Source of the DNA: Balanoglossus misakiensis
Taxonomy: Eukaryota; Animalia; Hemichordata
DNA length: 51,758 nucleotides
Direction: 5' to 3'
Assembly (NCBI GenBank): GCA_040954595.2
Contig: CM082591.2
Coordinates: 8,996,859-9,048,616 of the forward strand
The notes beneath the pieces were generated by a model. That model had not been told where the DNA came from. It searched no databases and was given only the letters and a program-made list of their open reading frames with translations. Every line of letters begins with the position of its first letter. Position 1 is the first letter of the stretch. Positions 26,436-38,400 of the stretch are shown piece by piece. Position numbers and translations under genes: made by a program.

Positions 26436-27018
26436 TTTGACAAACAATAATCAAGGAACACCAGTAATTTTGCTCAGTGAAATCCAACTATAAGGAAAAA
26501 ATATAGGTCTAAATATCCTATACGAAAAAAATCAAATACACTGTAAGAACCCGTTCAAAAAAATATAATCATACGCGAGAAACTGTAATAGCCAGTACAA
26601 CCTTAATACAACAGACTGCACCTCTTCATTGCATGGTGCCAAAGTGTACTTAGCTATTTTCAAATGTACGCGTATTTATACTTATACAAAAATGAAGGAA
26701 AATATAAACCACTTCTGGTAAACAACAAAAATATAGTAATCACTTAAATCGTACTCAGTTTGTATCAAAATAAAAATACGACGCTGTATTTTTAAGTATC
26801 ACAATTCTCAATTCACTCCATTGCAAATCACTACGGTTGGAAAACGTTCAACATGAAGAGTTCAAATGTAGGAACCTAGGAACATTCTTACATAAGTAGT
26901 GACATCTCGGTTTCCTCCACCATAGTTTCAGTCTTCATGTAGAATAAAATGGACTGCTGGTAGGTCTTCATCCAACCACAGGCAAATGATTCCACTAACC
27001 GAAGACAACAAAAGGAGA

Positions 27019-27036
27019 ATCCTGGTCTCGGCACCA
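27019..27036 (-). promoter_or_regulatory. Primer-binding site (tRNA-His-like; Phe not excluded)
   Basis: TGGTGCCGAGACCAGGAT, 2 nt downstream of the 5' LTR. Confidence 0.8.
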
Positions 27037-27038
27037 AA

Positions 27039-27700
27039 TGTGACCCCTGGTATAGGCTTGGTAATGGTGTTGTCGTTAGGGCATTGCGTTGTGTAATTTC
27101 AAACCCATTCGCTAAGGGGACACAGCTATACACTGACCCGACACACATTAATGTACGTTCATGACGTTTATTTCTTTGGTCAGCGGCTCCATCTGTACTT
27201 GGCTACTCGCATTGGCCAAGTCAGCAAAGAGAGAGAAAAGAATTACAATACTCACAAAACCAAAGAAAATATACAGAGCATACTTAACAGAAAATACTAC
27301 GGCGCATAAAGTGCTTTCCGAGTCCAATATTCACACATTTGCAGCAAAAATCACTGAACATTCTCTCAAAATATTACAGATGATGGTTCTTTAAACACTT
27401 ACACATCATTATATTTCAATTATAGGGGTGGATGGCAATGATTTAATGCTTGCATGGGCGATTTAAAAGGGAGAGAAAAATATTACCAACCTGCTCGCAT
27501 TGGCCAAGTCAGCAAAGAGACCGGTTGTGTCTCTTTGCCCCTTGAGGGCGCCGTACACCTGGCCAAAGTTCGCATGCAAATACGTAGAGTATTATGCAAA
27601 TACTGGACAGCCATTGGGTGAACACCACCGTCAATGAATTATCAGAAACTAAGCATTATCTTTGTATATATATTAGAAAATCACAAAAATCCTGGTCACA
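27039..27700 (-). repeat. 5' LTR of the Gypsy element
   Basis: 662 bp; followed on the minus strand by the PBS. Confidence 0.96.
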
Positions 27701-27830
27701 AAATATACGACAAATTTCTGTTAAAACAACAATATTTTGGTAAAATTTAAATATACAACAAATTTCTGTTAAAACAACAATATTAAACTGTGAACAAAAT
27801 TATAAACTGTTTCGAATTAAATACATGTCT

Positions 27831-29192
27831 TTAATTTCTTTTGGCAAGCTGCTCTAGCATTTTCATTTGGATTTCTAACTGTCTCTCCTGTAGGGCAATC
27901 CGTCTCTTCTCAACCTCCAGTGCATCCTGCTTATATTTAATTTCCGCCTCGTGCTTTTGTTGAAGGTATGTGAAGACATCTGCCTTGGATGTTGTGTTGG
28001 CTTTTCGTCCTTTCTCTATATTAGACAATTAAAGAAATGAAATACTGTAAAAAATGTGAACAAATTTGGAATCAAGTCTGTAATCAGTAAATATTTCATT
28101 GTTGTGTGACGCTGGTACAGGTTTGTATCATGTGCCTTGGAAATCAGACGTGTTAAATGGTCTGCTTTTTAATTTACACACAAATATGTCCATATTCATT
28201 GCTCTAATTTTTTCTGAAAATGTTATTACGCTGAAATCTTGCAAAAAAATTCAAAGCCTGCATCAGACCTGGTAAATTCAACACTGACACATCACTGTTC
28301 ATACACCAGTGTTTCAGTGTTGTCTTCACAGCAATAGATGCTGTCATATAAACATCACTGTATACACACCTGTGATAACAGGCTTGATTCAGACCTGTCC
28401 ATACATGTCACCCTCTGATATCTGACCAATTTTGCAGGTCCTGCAATAGAGGTCATTTCTCAGAGACTATTACAGATCTGATCAGACCTGTTATAGGCAT
28501 GTTCTGAAATTTGCCTGTGGATTTCTAGCTGTGGTCCTGGTGACCTTAGTATTACCTTCTGGGTCCTTATTTTCTGCTGGTGTCATTCTTTTCATGGCAG
28601 TTTCCCTGATGGCAAGTGCTTGCTGTCCTTGTTTGTGTTTTTTCTTTGATGCAACAGCCTCATTTGTTGTACTTGCTGAATTGCTTTCAACACAGGACAC
28701 CATTTATTGACACAATTGTTGCAATTCATTGTATTCCTCTTCCGTACCAGATCTGTGAAGAATGAATGAATGAATGAATGAATGAATGAATGAATGAATG
28801 AATGAATGAATGAATGAATGAATGAATGAATGAATGAATAACAGAAAACATTAAATTCTAAGCTCAATTAGCTATAACGTTTTATTTCTTTTTTTTTCAT
28901 CTGTAATTTAAAGGGGCACATTTAAACTTCACTATCAATGCTTCATCACTTACTTTTTCATTGCCTTCTTGTCATTTTCCTTGAACTTTGTTAGCAGCAA
29001 GTCTGCATGCTCCCTGACCGCTCTGGTTGTTATTTTTTGCCTGCCATCCTCCCAACTCCAATGTGTCATCAGAGTGTTTGCAATTTCTTGCCACTCAGCT
29101 GTAGTATCAGGCCTACGTGTCACCACCTCTTTCAACAAATCAACATCTTGTTGAACAGACCAACGTAAAACAGTTCTCTTTGGTGCTGTCAT
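27831..29192 (-). pseudogene. Second gene of the PHIS transposon: Myb/SANT-like DNA-binding protein with a C-terminal coiled coil, 3 coding exons (29192-28954, 28752-28556, 28015-27831), premature stop in exon 2
   Basis: RWSVQQDVDLLKEV...EWQEIA...K|SGTEEEYNELQQLCQ*; GT-AG junctions in phase. Confidence 0.8.
28758..28838. repeat. (GAAT)n microsatellite in an intron
   Basis: About 20 perfect GAAT units. Confidence 0.95.
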
Positions 29193-32100
29193 CTCTTGCT
29201 GATTACACTACAATTAATAGTAAAAGATCCCAGTTTGGAATGTATTATCAATCTAGTATCAGATTGCGCGCTTTGTAATCTTTTTGTAACGTTGTTATTT
29301 TTTATTGCTAGAATGACGGACCACACACAGTGAAAAAGTAATGGTCCACGGCACACAAAAAATACGATGGTCCCGGACCTCGCAGTAAAGATAGAAACTA
29401 AAAATCTGTCAGAAAAGCACTATCAAACACAGCTATAAATTAAACAGCATGCATTTTTAAAACAATTTAGGCTGGTGACTGTGTGTGTAATGGCTTATTT
29501 CTGCTGGTCGTGAATGTTGCTTCTGTGTTCGACCGGCGGTGGCAACAACAACCAGTGCAAAGATGCCCGCGCCCGGCCGATAGGTCGGCCGCTACGCTGG
29601 TGATGAATTTGTGTTGTTTTTAGGTAAAATGTTTCAAATATCAGTCAACAAATGACACCAGTTCGTCAAGCGATACAAAAAGCAAGAAATAGGACCACAC
29701 ACTTTGAGGTTACTGTTAAAATAAAACTAAGAATTGTTCTCGGAATCGACATACGAGAGACTTACCTGTTTCACGTACAAAACGACTGGCAGACGACAGG
29801 CGAACGTGTGATGTCATCGAATTACACGATAGGCACGCAAAAAATGATGACGTATCCGTATACGTTCCGTTCACGTACGCAATCTTAATCTCTCTTATGA
29901 TGTTCGGTGTTTCCAATACAGATGTCGACAGATAGGTCACTTACAAATAAACTGCCCTGATATTGATACAGAATTAGGAGAAGAAATCATTAAAAATGTT
30001 CAAGTTGAGCAGAGACATGAAGGTGGAGATGAAAAAAAAGAAACTGTTATGTCACCTATTGATTTAAATACAAGAGGAAACGAAAAACATATTCTGATAA
30101 GGCAACTGACAATGACGACGACGGAATGGACACAACTGATGAAATTAGTGAGCGATACCGGATGCTGCGACCCAATACCTTGTAGAGGTGACGGTTCGAA
30201 CCTTTCCTTTATCATTGCCCTTTGAACCTGTTTTTCATCAGCCTCAGGGTATCCCCCTGTTCCAGTAGAACCCCGCCTTTCTCTTTGGAGCTTTCGAGTT
30301 CCACAATTCCAGGTAAGTCAACTCTTTGTAGAGACGAATATAGTATAGAGAATAGCTACGAAGATGACAATGAGTGTGATGATAACAACTCTTTTGCTTC
30401 TGATTTTTCTGACACATTACAACTGATCATCAAAGTCCATCCACTAACGCCATTGAAGATTTCCTTTTGGACACTATGTATTACATACCAATCATTCAGA
30501 GATCTATTAAATTTTGCCCAAATTTAAAGGTGTTAAGCTGTGCATTGCGCAATTACCATAAGACTCAGTCACTTTCAGTTTCACAGAAAACAAGATTATA
30601 CAGAATTTATTGCACAATTATTCGGCACATCAAACATACTGGTAAAGTACTTATCTCTTGTCTTTTAATGGATGTAAGAGCTGATAGAGATTTTCTTAAA
30701 AGATACCGAGTATTAATATCTAAAAGCTGATTTTTTTGCTTCAGGAAACACATACAATTCCTGGTAATGAGAACAACTGGCATCTTGTTTGGAAAGGGAC
30801 GGACATTTTATCCCATTTCACGTCTAATTAGGGTGGCGTGGCAACTCTTTTTTCACCTTAACCCAGAGGGAATTGGTCAATGCCCACATTTTGCATATTC
30901 ATATTAGGATTAATTGTAGCCCAGTTCATATCATTAATGTTTTTCACCTTTAAAAAAATAGATATTTTATTGCAAAGAGAATTGGTCAAAGGCCACCTTT
31001 TGCGTATTCACGTTAGGATAAATTGTAGACTCTCTCACAGCCCACGGTTTGCTACGCGCCCTCAACCGTTTGGCAAGGGAGAAGCACCGTTTGGTGTTGT
31101 GTAGCTAAACTTAGGGCTGTTAACACGTATTTTTTTGAATATATTTTCGATTTTTCTGATTGGCTAAGCCTCTGAGCACATTGGCAAGATTCCTGCCCGA
31201 TGTGATGGAAGGGGTTTCCCGAGTACCGAGATTGACAGATCTGCTCTAGCCAGTATGGGTAAACATGATACCAGCTGTACACTAGTTAAAATCCCCTTGA
31301 GACAAACAAGTCTCCTTTTTATCCAAACAACATAACTTTCTTACCAGATAAAAGACAGTGGTGGGTTTACACTAGATAAAGACAACTACATAAATTCTAT
31401 TCATGAAATGTAAAAGAATAAAACAATATTGTGAGGTTTAGTCTACCATGGCCATGTAGACAGGATGAACCCCAATGAAACCAACTGCTTCTTTATTTCA
31501 CTGTACGGTACAAAGTGCTACCAGGTTATGTCCAAACTTAATCACAAGCAGTAGATTAATATGGCAAAATTAGACAGGTAACGCCAAACTTGGTCTCTAA
31601 AACTGCCGATTTTACATTGATTTTTTTGCAAATTTGACAGTCTTATGAATCTGCTGTAAGCTAAAGAGATCGTTTACAAGTGTTTACAGCAATAGATTGC
31701 ATTGTTATATAATGTAAGTGAAACTAGTATCTGATTAACCGTGGGGAGTCTGCAATCATAGACAGTAGAAATGCTTTGGATCTTGTAAACAGAAAGGTCA
31801 ATCTCGAGAGCATGGACCAATGGCAGAGAAAATGCAAAATCCAGGGCGGGATGTGGATTAGTCAATCGAAAAATCGAAAATAAAATAGAAAAAAATAGTG
31901 ATAACAGCCCCCCTCGGCGGGCACACATGCAATCAGTCCATATCATTAATGTTTTTCACCTTAACAAAAAAGATAGATACCAGGCTCCGTTAGTAATTCA
32001 TCAATGCCTATTCGCATTTCACCCTGTAATCCCATTGGTTAAAACTTTTTCAGGTAAATTGATAAAAAAAATTCTGGCGAACTTTGTGTGTTCCATATTC

Positions 32101-32747
32101 CTACAGTGATATTAAAACGGCTGCAGACTTCTCTTAAAAGTTCTTGTCGAAACGTCCAGCGCAGCGCAGAAAACTCCATCCCAGCTACGTTGAAGAAATA
32201 ATTAGAGACTCTGAGCAAGGTAAATAACTGTTAGACACTTGTAAGTCGTAAAGTTTGCAAATGTTGAAGCAACAGTGACTTCCACCACGTTTACAGTGAG
32301 GGCCCCATCAAGGTTTAGCGCGTATTAGCCTTGGGTGCCTCCCGTACGTTACTGTGAGCAGTTGTATGGTGTGCCCCCGTCAGCGGAACTCCGCAGCGAA
32401 CTTCACTTGAGTCTACAGTGAGGGGCCCAGTTAGGGTTGCGTGCGTATCAACCCTGGTGCCTTGTGTGTATTGCTGTATACTGGTGTAGAAAATACCTGC
32501 ATGGTGTGCCCCCCGTATATGAACCAGGCCGTTTGGTGTTGTATCGAGAGGTGCATGAAGTGAAGCTGAAAGCTATTGGCATAGCTTGACTACGGAGAAG
32601 ACAAGACAGAAGGAATTCGAGATTTTGCTGTGAATTTTGACTGTTTTTCCAGTGAACAATAAACATTGTTTTGATACCTGACATTGGTAAATAGAGCATA
32701 CATTTTTAGTACTGCATAAATTGGGTGAAACCTCGGAAAAAGCCAAG

Positions 32748-35700
32748 ATGAGTGAAGAAAGGCAAGCAGATGATCAGAATGCTGCTGAAGCACTTGTACA
32801 ACTTGGAGAAGAGGCCACCCCGCCACCCAATCAAGAGATGTTGCAACTTGAAAGGGAACGGCGTGAACATGAGCGTTTCATCAGAGAGATGGACGAGAGA
32901 CAGCAAAGGCAACATGAACAATTCATCAGAGAGATGGATGAAAGACAGCAAAGGCAGAATCAGGAAATGCTGAAACAGAATCAGGAATTCTAGTTTGAAC
33001 TGTTGCGTTTACAGGCCCAGCTTGCTAATGCTGCAAAGTCTGAGTACAAGGGACCGAAAGTGCCGAAGTTCACTGACGGTGAAGATATTGATGCTTACCT
33101 GCGAACTTTTGAGAAGTTAGCCAAGGTACATGAATGGCCTGAGACAACATTGGCTACCCGATTGGCTGGACTTTTGTCTGGAAAGGCACTTGACGTGTAC
33201 TGAAAGCGAAGATTACAAGATGGTTCGCAAGGCAATCTTGAAACGATATGAACTTGCCGGTGAAGCGTATCGCTCCAAGTTTAGAGCCACAAGAAAGCAG
33301 AGAGAAGATAGTTATGGTGAATGGAAAACCATTCTCTCTGGTTTTCTGGACCGTTGGCTAGAAACGGTCGAAGTCGACAGTTTTGACAAACTGAAAGACT
33401 TGATATTAGTAGAGCAACTACTAGAGATGTCCCCACCGTACCTGCAAGTGTGGCTGAGGGAAAAGAAACCGAAGAATTCAGCAGAATTGATAGAGATGGC
33501 TGATCATTATTTGGAGACGCACAAGAGAAGTGATCGCTACAATGGCCGTCCTTCTGATGATAAGAAGCAACCCAGTCCAGAAAAGCAACCTGGTGCAGTA
33601 AAGCAGCCTGGTCCAGTGAGAGACAAGGCCGGATCACCGCAAGGGAAACCAAAGAGTATTTTCACATGCTACTCTTGCAACCAACCTGGACATAATGACA
33701 GCAAGTGCCCGACAAGAATGTCAGTGAGGAGAGACAGAAAGCTTTCAGATGCCGTGTCCAGCAGATGGTGCCTGGTAGTAACGGCTGCCATGGTAAGCCC
33801 AAAAGCCATGGTAATCGTCATCGCTATCCTGATATGGTAGATGGTGAAAGTGCCTGTATCCTGAGAGACACTGGTTGCGATCAGACCATTGTACGCTCAG
33901 CACTTGTATCTCCAGATGCGTATGTAGAAGATCAGTTCGTCAACATTGAATTTGCTGATGGTAGCACTAGGCTACTCTCCATGGCTGTCGTCCGTATACA
34001 CTGCCAGTGTTATGATGGTGAGATCTTGGCTGCTGTGTTGGACACATTGCCAGAAAACGTCCTGTTGGGTAATGATATTAAAGAAACCGACGATGCTGAT
34101 ATGTGCAAGCCAGCGTTCATCGTTATTCGTCGGCAGGCGAAACTGAAGCAGAAACGGCTTCAAGACGAACTGATTGATATTGCCAGAATTGGTGTGCAAC
34201 CAAAGCCAGTTGAACTTGATGTTGCACCTTTGGGTAGACAACGCTGTACCGATGATACTACGGCTGTTGCAGAAATTTCACAAGAAAGTGAAGACCCATC
34301 GGCTGAACATGTGTTGTCTGTACTGGTAGACAAAGAAGTGCAGACAGCGGAACCAGAAGAAATACCTGAAGTGAATCAGTCTGTATCTGAGGACGGTGAA
34401 CAACAGATTGACAGTAGTGACAACAATATGTCTGTGTCTGAAGATGCCGAACCACAGGTCGACAGTGGTGATAATGAGCTACAGGTAGACAGCAGTAATG
34501 TCAGTGGTGACCCGATTCCAGATGATGTTACTGATGTACAGACTCCTGAAGATGAAGGAGAGATTGATGTATTCGACATCTAGCCAGAGAAGCTGAGAGA
34601 ATTGCAGAGTAGTTGTTCTACTTTGAGAGGACCATGCAATTTGACAGTTTCAGCTAGCCAAGTACCCGATGAAGACATATGCTTCTACTGGAAAGATGGT
34701 TTCCTGTATCGGAAGTGGACATCCAGAGTCAAGCCTGGTTGTGTACTGAAGCAGTTGGTGGTACCACGACAGTGTCGCGCAACACTACTTTGCCTGGCTC
34801 ATGATATACCTCTAGCCGGACACCTTGGGGTAGAGAAGACGAAGCGGCGCCTACTTCAACACTACTACTGGCCGGGAATCTTTCCAGATGTCGCCAAGTA
34901 TTGTCGTTCTTGTGAAGCTTGACAGAAAGCAGCGACTAGAAAAGCTGGTATCAAGGCAAAACTCACCCCTATGCCAGTGCTGGAAGAGCCAATTCAGCGG
35001 ATTGCGATAGACATGATTGGACCGTTGCCTCGCACGTCGCGTGGTAATCGATATGTCTTGACTATTTGCGATTATGCGACCAGATACCCTGAAGCTATAC
35101 CTGTACCTACCTTAGAGGATGAACGGATAGCGGAAGAATTGGTAACTGTGTTTAGCAGAGTTGGTATACCGCGCGAGATGCTGTCAGATCAGGGTACCAA
35201 CTTCCTTTCCCATTTGATGGAAGATCTATGTCGGCTGTTGCATGTCAAGAATATAAAGACGCCATATCACCCCATGGCCAATGGTCTTGTGGAAAACAGG
35301 AATTATACGTTGAAGTCCATGTTAAAGAAGTTCTCTGCAACCAATCCAGAAAGTTGGGACAGATATATCCCCTACTTGCTGTTCGCGTATAGAGATGTTC
35401 CACAGCAATCTACTGGGTTTTCCCCGTTCGAGCTACTGTATGGAGGCCAAGTCAGAGGACCGTTGGCACACATGCTTGAGACTTGGACAGGAGAGTTACC
35501 TGGTGAAGTAAACTTAGCGCAGTTTGTTATAGAAACTCGTGACCGATTGGCTGAGATGACATATCTAGCCACAGAGAACTTGACAGTCGCTCAGAAGAAA
35601 CAGAAAGTATGGTATGACAAAACTGCCAGAGAGCGAGAGTTCCAGATTGATGACAAGGTGCTTATTTTGTTGCCGTCGTCCACCAACAAACTACAAGTGC

Positions 35701-37135
35701 AGTGGCAGGGACCATACCGAGTGACAAAGAGAGTTTCTCCTGTTGACTATGAAGTCGAGGTAGGAAGCAGGAGAAAGAAGAAAAAGGTGTATCATGTCAA
35801 CATGCTACGAAAATGGTTTCCTAGAGAAGGAACTGCCTTTCTAGCGAGAAAGACTGAAGACTGTGACCAGTCTGTTCCCGTGGAAATGGATGTATACCAT
35901 TTGATGACCTCCAAAGAGACATGGAGAGATGTAGAGATATACAGTGGTCTGAAAGAAGCAGAGAAAGCTGAAGCGAGACAGTTACTAGAGGAATTCAGTG
36001 ACGTGTTTACTGATAGTCCTGGACGCACGACCTTGATCGAGCATGATATCTCTACGACGACAGAACAACCTGTGAAACTGAGGCCGTACAGAATTCCCGA
36101 GTCATTGAGAGAGACTGTTAAACTTGAGCTGAACAAGATGATGAGTGCCGGAATTATACAGAAATCCTACAGTCCGTATGCTGCACCCATCCTCCTTGTG
36201 AAGAAGAAAGATGGATCGTGGCGTTTTTGTGTCGATTACAGAGGCCTGAACAAAGCGACTGAGTTCGACCCATTTCCCATGCCACGTACAGATAAGATGA
36301 TCGAGAAGTTGGGAAAAGCCAACTACATCACCAGTATCGACTTGACTAAGGGATATTGGCAAATACCCTTGAGCAAGGATGCACGTGCCAAGTCAGCTTC
36401 CAGAACCCCATATGGCCAGTATGAATTCCTGGTGATGCCCTTCGGATTGCAGAATGCACCTGCTGATGCAGATGGTGTTAGATGGCTGTGAAGAGTTTGC
36501 TAGCTCGTACTTTGATGATGTTGATACTGCCGATGCCGTGTGGAGCGACCATATCGCACATCTCCGTCAACTACTGAGTCGTGTCAGAGATGCCGGACTG
36601 ACTATTCGACCGAGCAAGTGTAAGGTTGGATTCCCAGAAGTTCCAGTGGTTGGTCACATTGCAGGATGTGGTAAGGTGAAACCCGAGCCAGACAAAATAC
36701 AAGCCGTACAGAGCTTTCCGAGGCCAGTGACGAAGACGGACGTCAGAGCGTTCCTAGGGTTAGTCGGATACTACCATCGGTTCATACCCGACTTCGCCAG
36801 TGTGGCCTACCCGTTAACCGAGCTGACCAAGAAAGGTGTACCTACCAGAGTGAGTTGGACCACAGAATGTGAGGAAGCCTTCATCAAGCTGAAGACGTTG
36901 CTGACTTCATATCCTGTTCTGAGTAACCCGGATTTCGACAAGCCGTTCATCGTTCAAGTGGATGCCAGTAACAGAGGGATCAGTGCTGTGTTGAGTCAAC
37001 TGAATGAAGAAAATGAGGAGCACCCCGACGCCTACTTGAGCCGAAAGCTTGTTCCGCGTCAACTACTCTACTATTGAGCGCGAGTGTTTAAGTTTTGTTT
37101 GGGCAATACAGTCACTGAGACACTATTTGTTTCCC
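32748..37135 (+). mobile_element. Decayed Gmr1-like Gypsy element (gag-PR-IN-RT-RH), 3'-truncated; LTR probably upstream but not delimitable
   Basis: Gag PKFTDGEDIDAYL, EQLL..WLRE, CYSCNQPGH; protease RDTG; integrase HDIPLAGH, SDQGTNF; then RT FCVDYRGLN, MPFGL, YFDD; RNase H VDAS. Stops at ~32991, 34581 and 34920 plus frameshifts. Confidence 0.92.
34971..36491 (+). pseudogene. pol: Integrase core followed in frame by the RT N-terminus
   Basis: 506-aa ORF: IAIDMIGP..SDQG..WQGPY..FCVDYR..MPFGL. Confidence 0.9.
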
Positions 37136-37977
37136 TTGGAGAAAGAGGAGAGCATTACAGCTTTAAATCCGCTAAAAAGGCTTGAACGAGGAAAATTTGC
37201 ATGCAGTGTTCTTTAGCAACCTTTTCACATAAGTTAAAGAAGGCATCTCGGACCCAGATCTATGTTATATTTGGGATGGTAATCATAATATGGCATTGGA
37301 CATTGAAAAAGATCGTATGTGAGGGTATCCATGAGAATCATCTGACAGATAGGTTGGCACTTAGCCATAAAGACATTTGTATGTAAGCATAAGAACTTTG
37401 AAATCAATTCGATGGATGACAGGGAGCCATTTTAACTCTTGAAGGACCGGCTTGATGTGTTCGTTTTTTTTAGTGCGAGTCAACAAACGAGCAGCTGCGT
37501 TCTGTATGCGTTGTAACCGGTTAATGAGATACTCAGGATGATGAACCTACAAGCTATTACAGTAGTCAAGACATGATGTTATGAAGGCGTGAATTAATGT
37601 TTCAGTAGTTTTTCTATCTAAAACGTTACAGATACGACCCATGCGATTTAAAACAAACGAGGCTGACTTACAGACTTGCATAATTTGAGTATTAGCTTTA
37701 ACAACACTGTCAAAATAAAAGCCAAGGTCTCTGACAATGGTTAGGGGTGGGTGAGTAGGTCTGTACCGACATGTAGTCCGGGTAGCGGTGTAAAGGGTCT
37801 GAATTTCGAATGATGATGAATTAATTCTGTCTTAGTGTCATTTAAAAAAAGCTTGTTCACGGCCATCCATTTATGAATCTCATCCACGCAAGATTCAATC
37901 TGCAACTTTGAATGATCAGCTCGCTTTCAGGTTAAGTAAACTTGTGTATCATCAGCATACATCATAAAGCTTATTAA

Positions 37978-38400
37978 CACTTTCACTGCGTAGATAATAT
38001 ATGCTAATGTATTCCTGTGCGTAGTTTCCTATGGTAAATTTAACTAATAAACAATGTTTTACTTTACCATCTCTATCTCTCTTAATATGAAAGTATTTGC
38101 AATGATATTTCCAGCAAGTATATTCTATAAGACAACCAACATAATTAAACTGAAAAATGGTCACATGACCATTAATTGGTCATGTGACACTGGCGGCCAT
38201 AATGGATTTCTGTTGAAATATGGTAAAAACAACAGATCTTGTAATAAAAGTGACTGAAATACTGTATTCAATTCATTGTATCACAGCTGACAGACAAAAA
38301 TAGTCAAAAACAACTTCCCCCTGTATAAAAGGGAATAACAAGTGACTTTTGAGCAAGAAATTTGATCAAATTTATTAATGAACCATAAAAACAGTCCTTC
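37978..38400. mobile_element. Foreign ~420-bp segment starting at a TTAA (possible piggyBac-like end), replacing ~145 bp of the LINE RT
   Basis: Match to the left arm stops at TTAA|CACTTTCACTGCG and resumes at TAGGTATGAC (38401); the GVPQGS-coding part is missing. Confidence 0.5.

Larger units (their letters stand above)
19913..27700 (-). mobile_element. Full-length Ty3/Gypsy LTR retrotransposon
   Basis: Two 662-bp TG...CA LTRs, 4-bp TSD AAAT (19909-19912, 27701-27704), PBS, PPT, gag and pol. Confidence 0.97.
17321..29895. mobile_element. PIF/Harbinger-superfamily (PHIS, Pangu-like) two-gene DNA transposon, interrupted by a Gypsy element
   Basis: TIRs AGAGAGATTAAGAT / ATCTTAATCTCTCT, flanks AAT / TAT, ACGT-rich subterminal repeats, convergent transposase and Myb/SANT-like genes. 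Confidence 0.88.

Noticed and set aside
28255-28525. Intronic recurrences of TCAGACCTG suggesting a small MITE
   Set aside because: No paired TIRs or TSD could be identified.
29970-30430. Possible coding exon (ELGEEIIKNVQVEQRHEGG..., acidic stretches)
   Set aside because: Short, apparently frameshifted, no recognisable motif; cannot be supported as a gene.
13247-37183. Polinton/Maverick or viral genome between long TIRs
   Set aside because: No pPolB, packaging ATPase or capsid ORFs; the core is explained by ordinary nested transposons.
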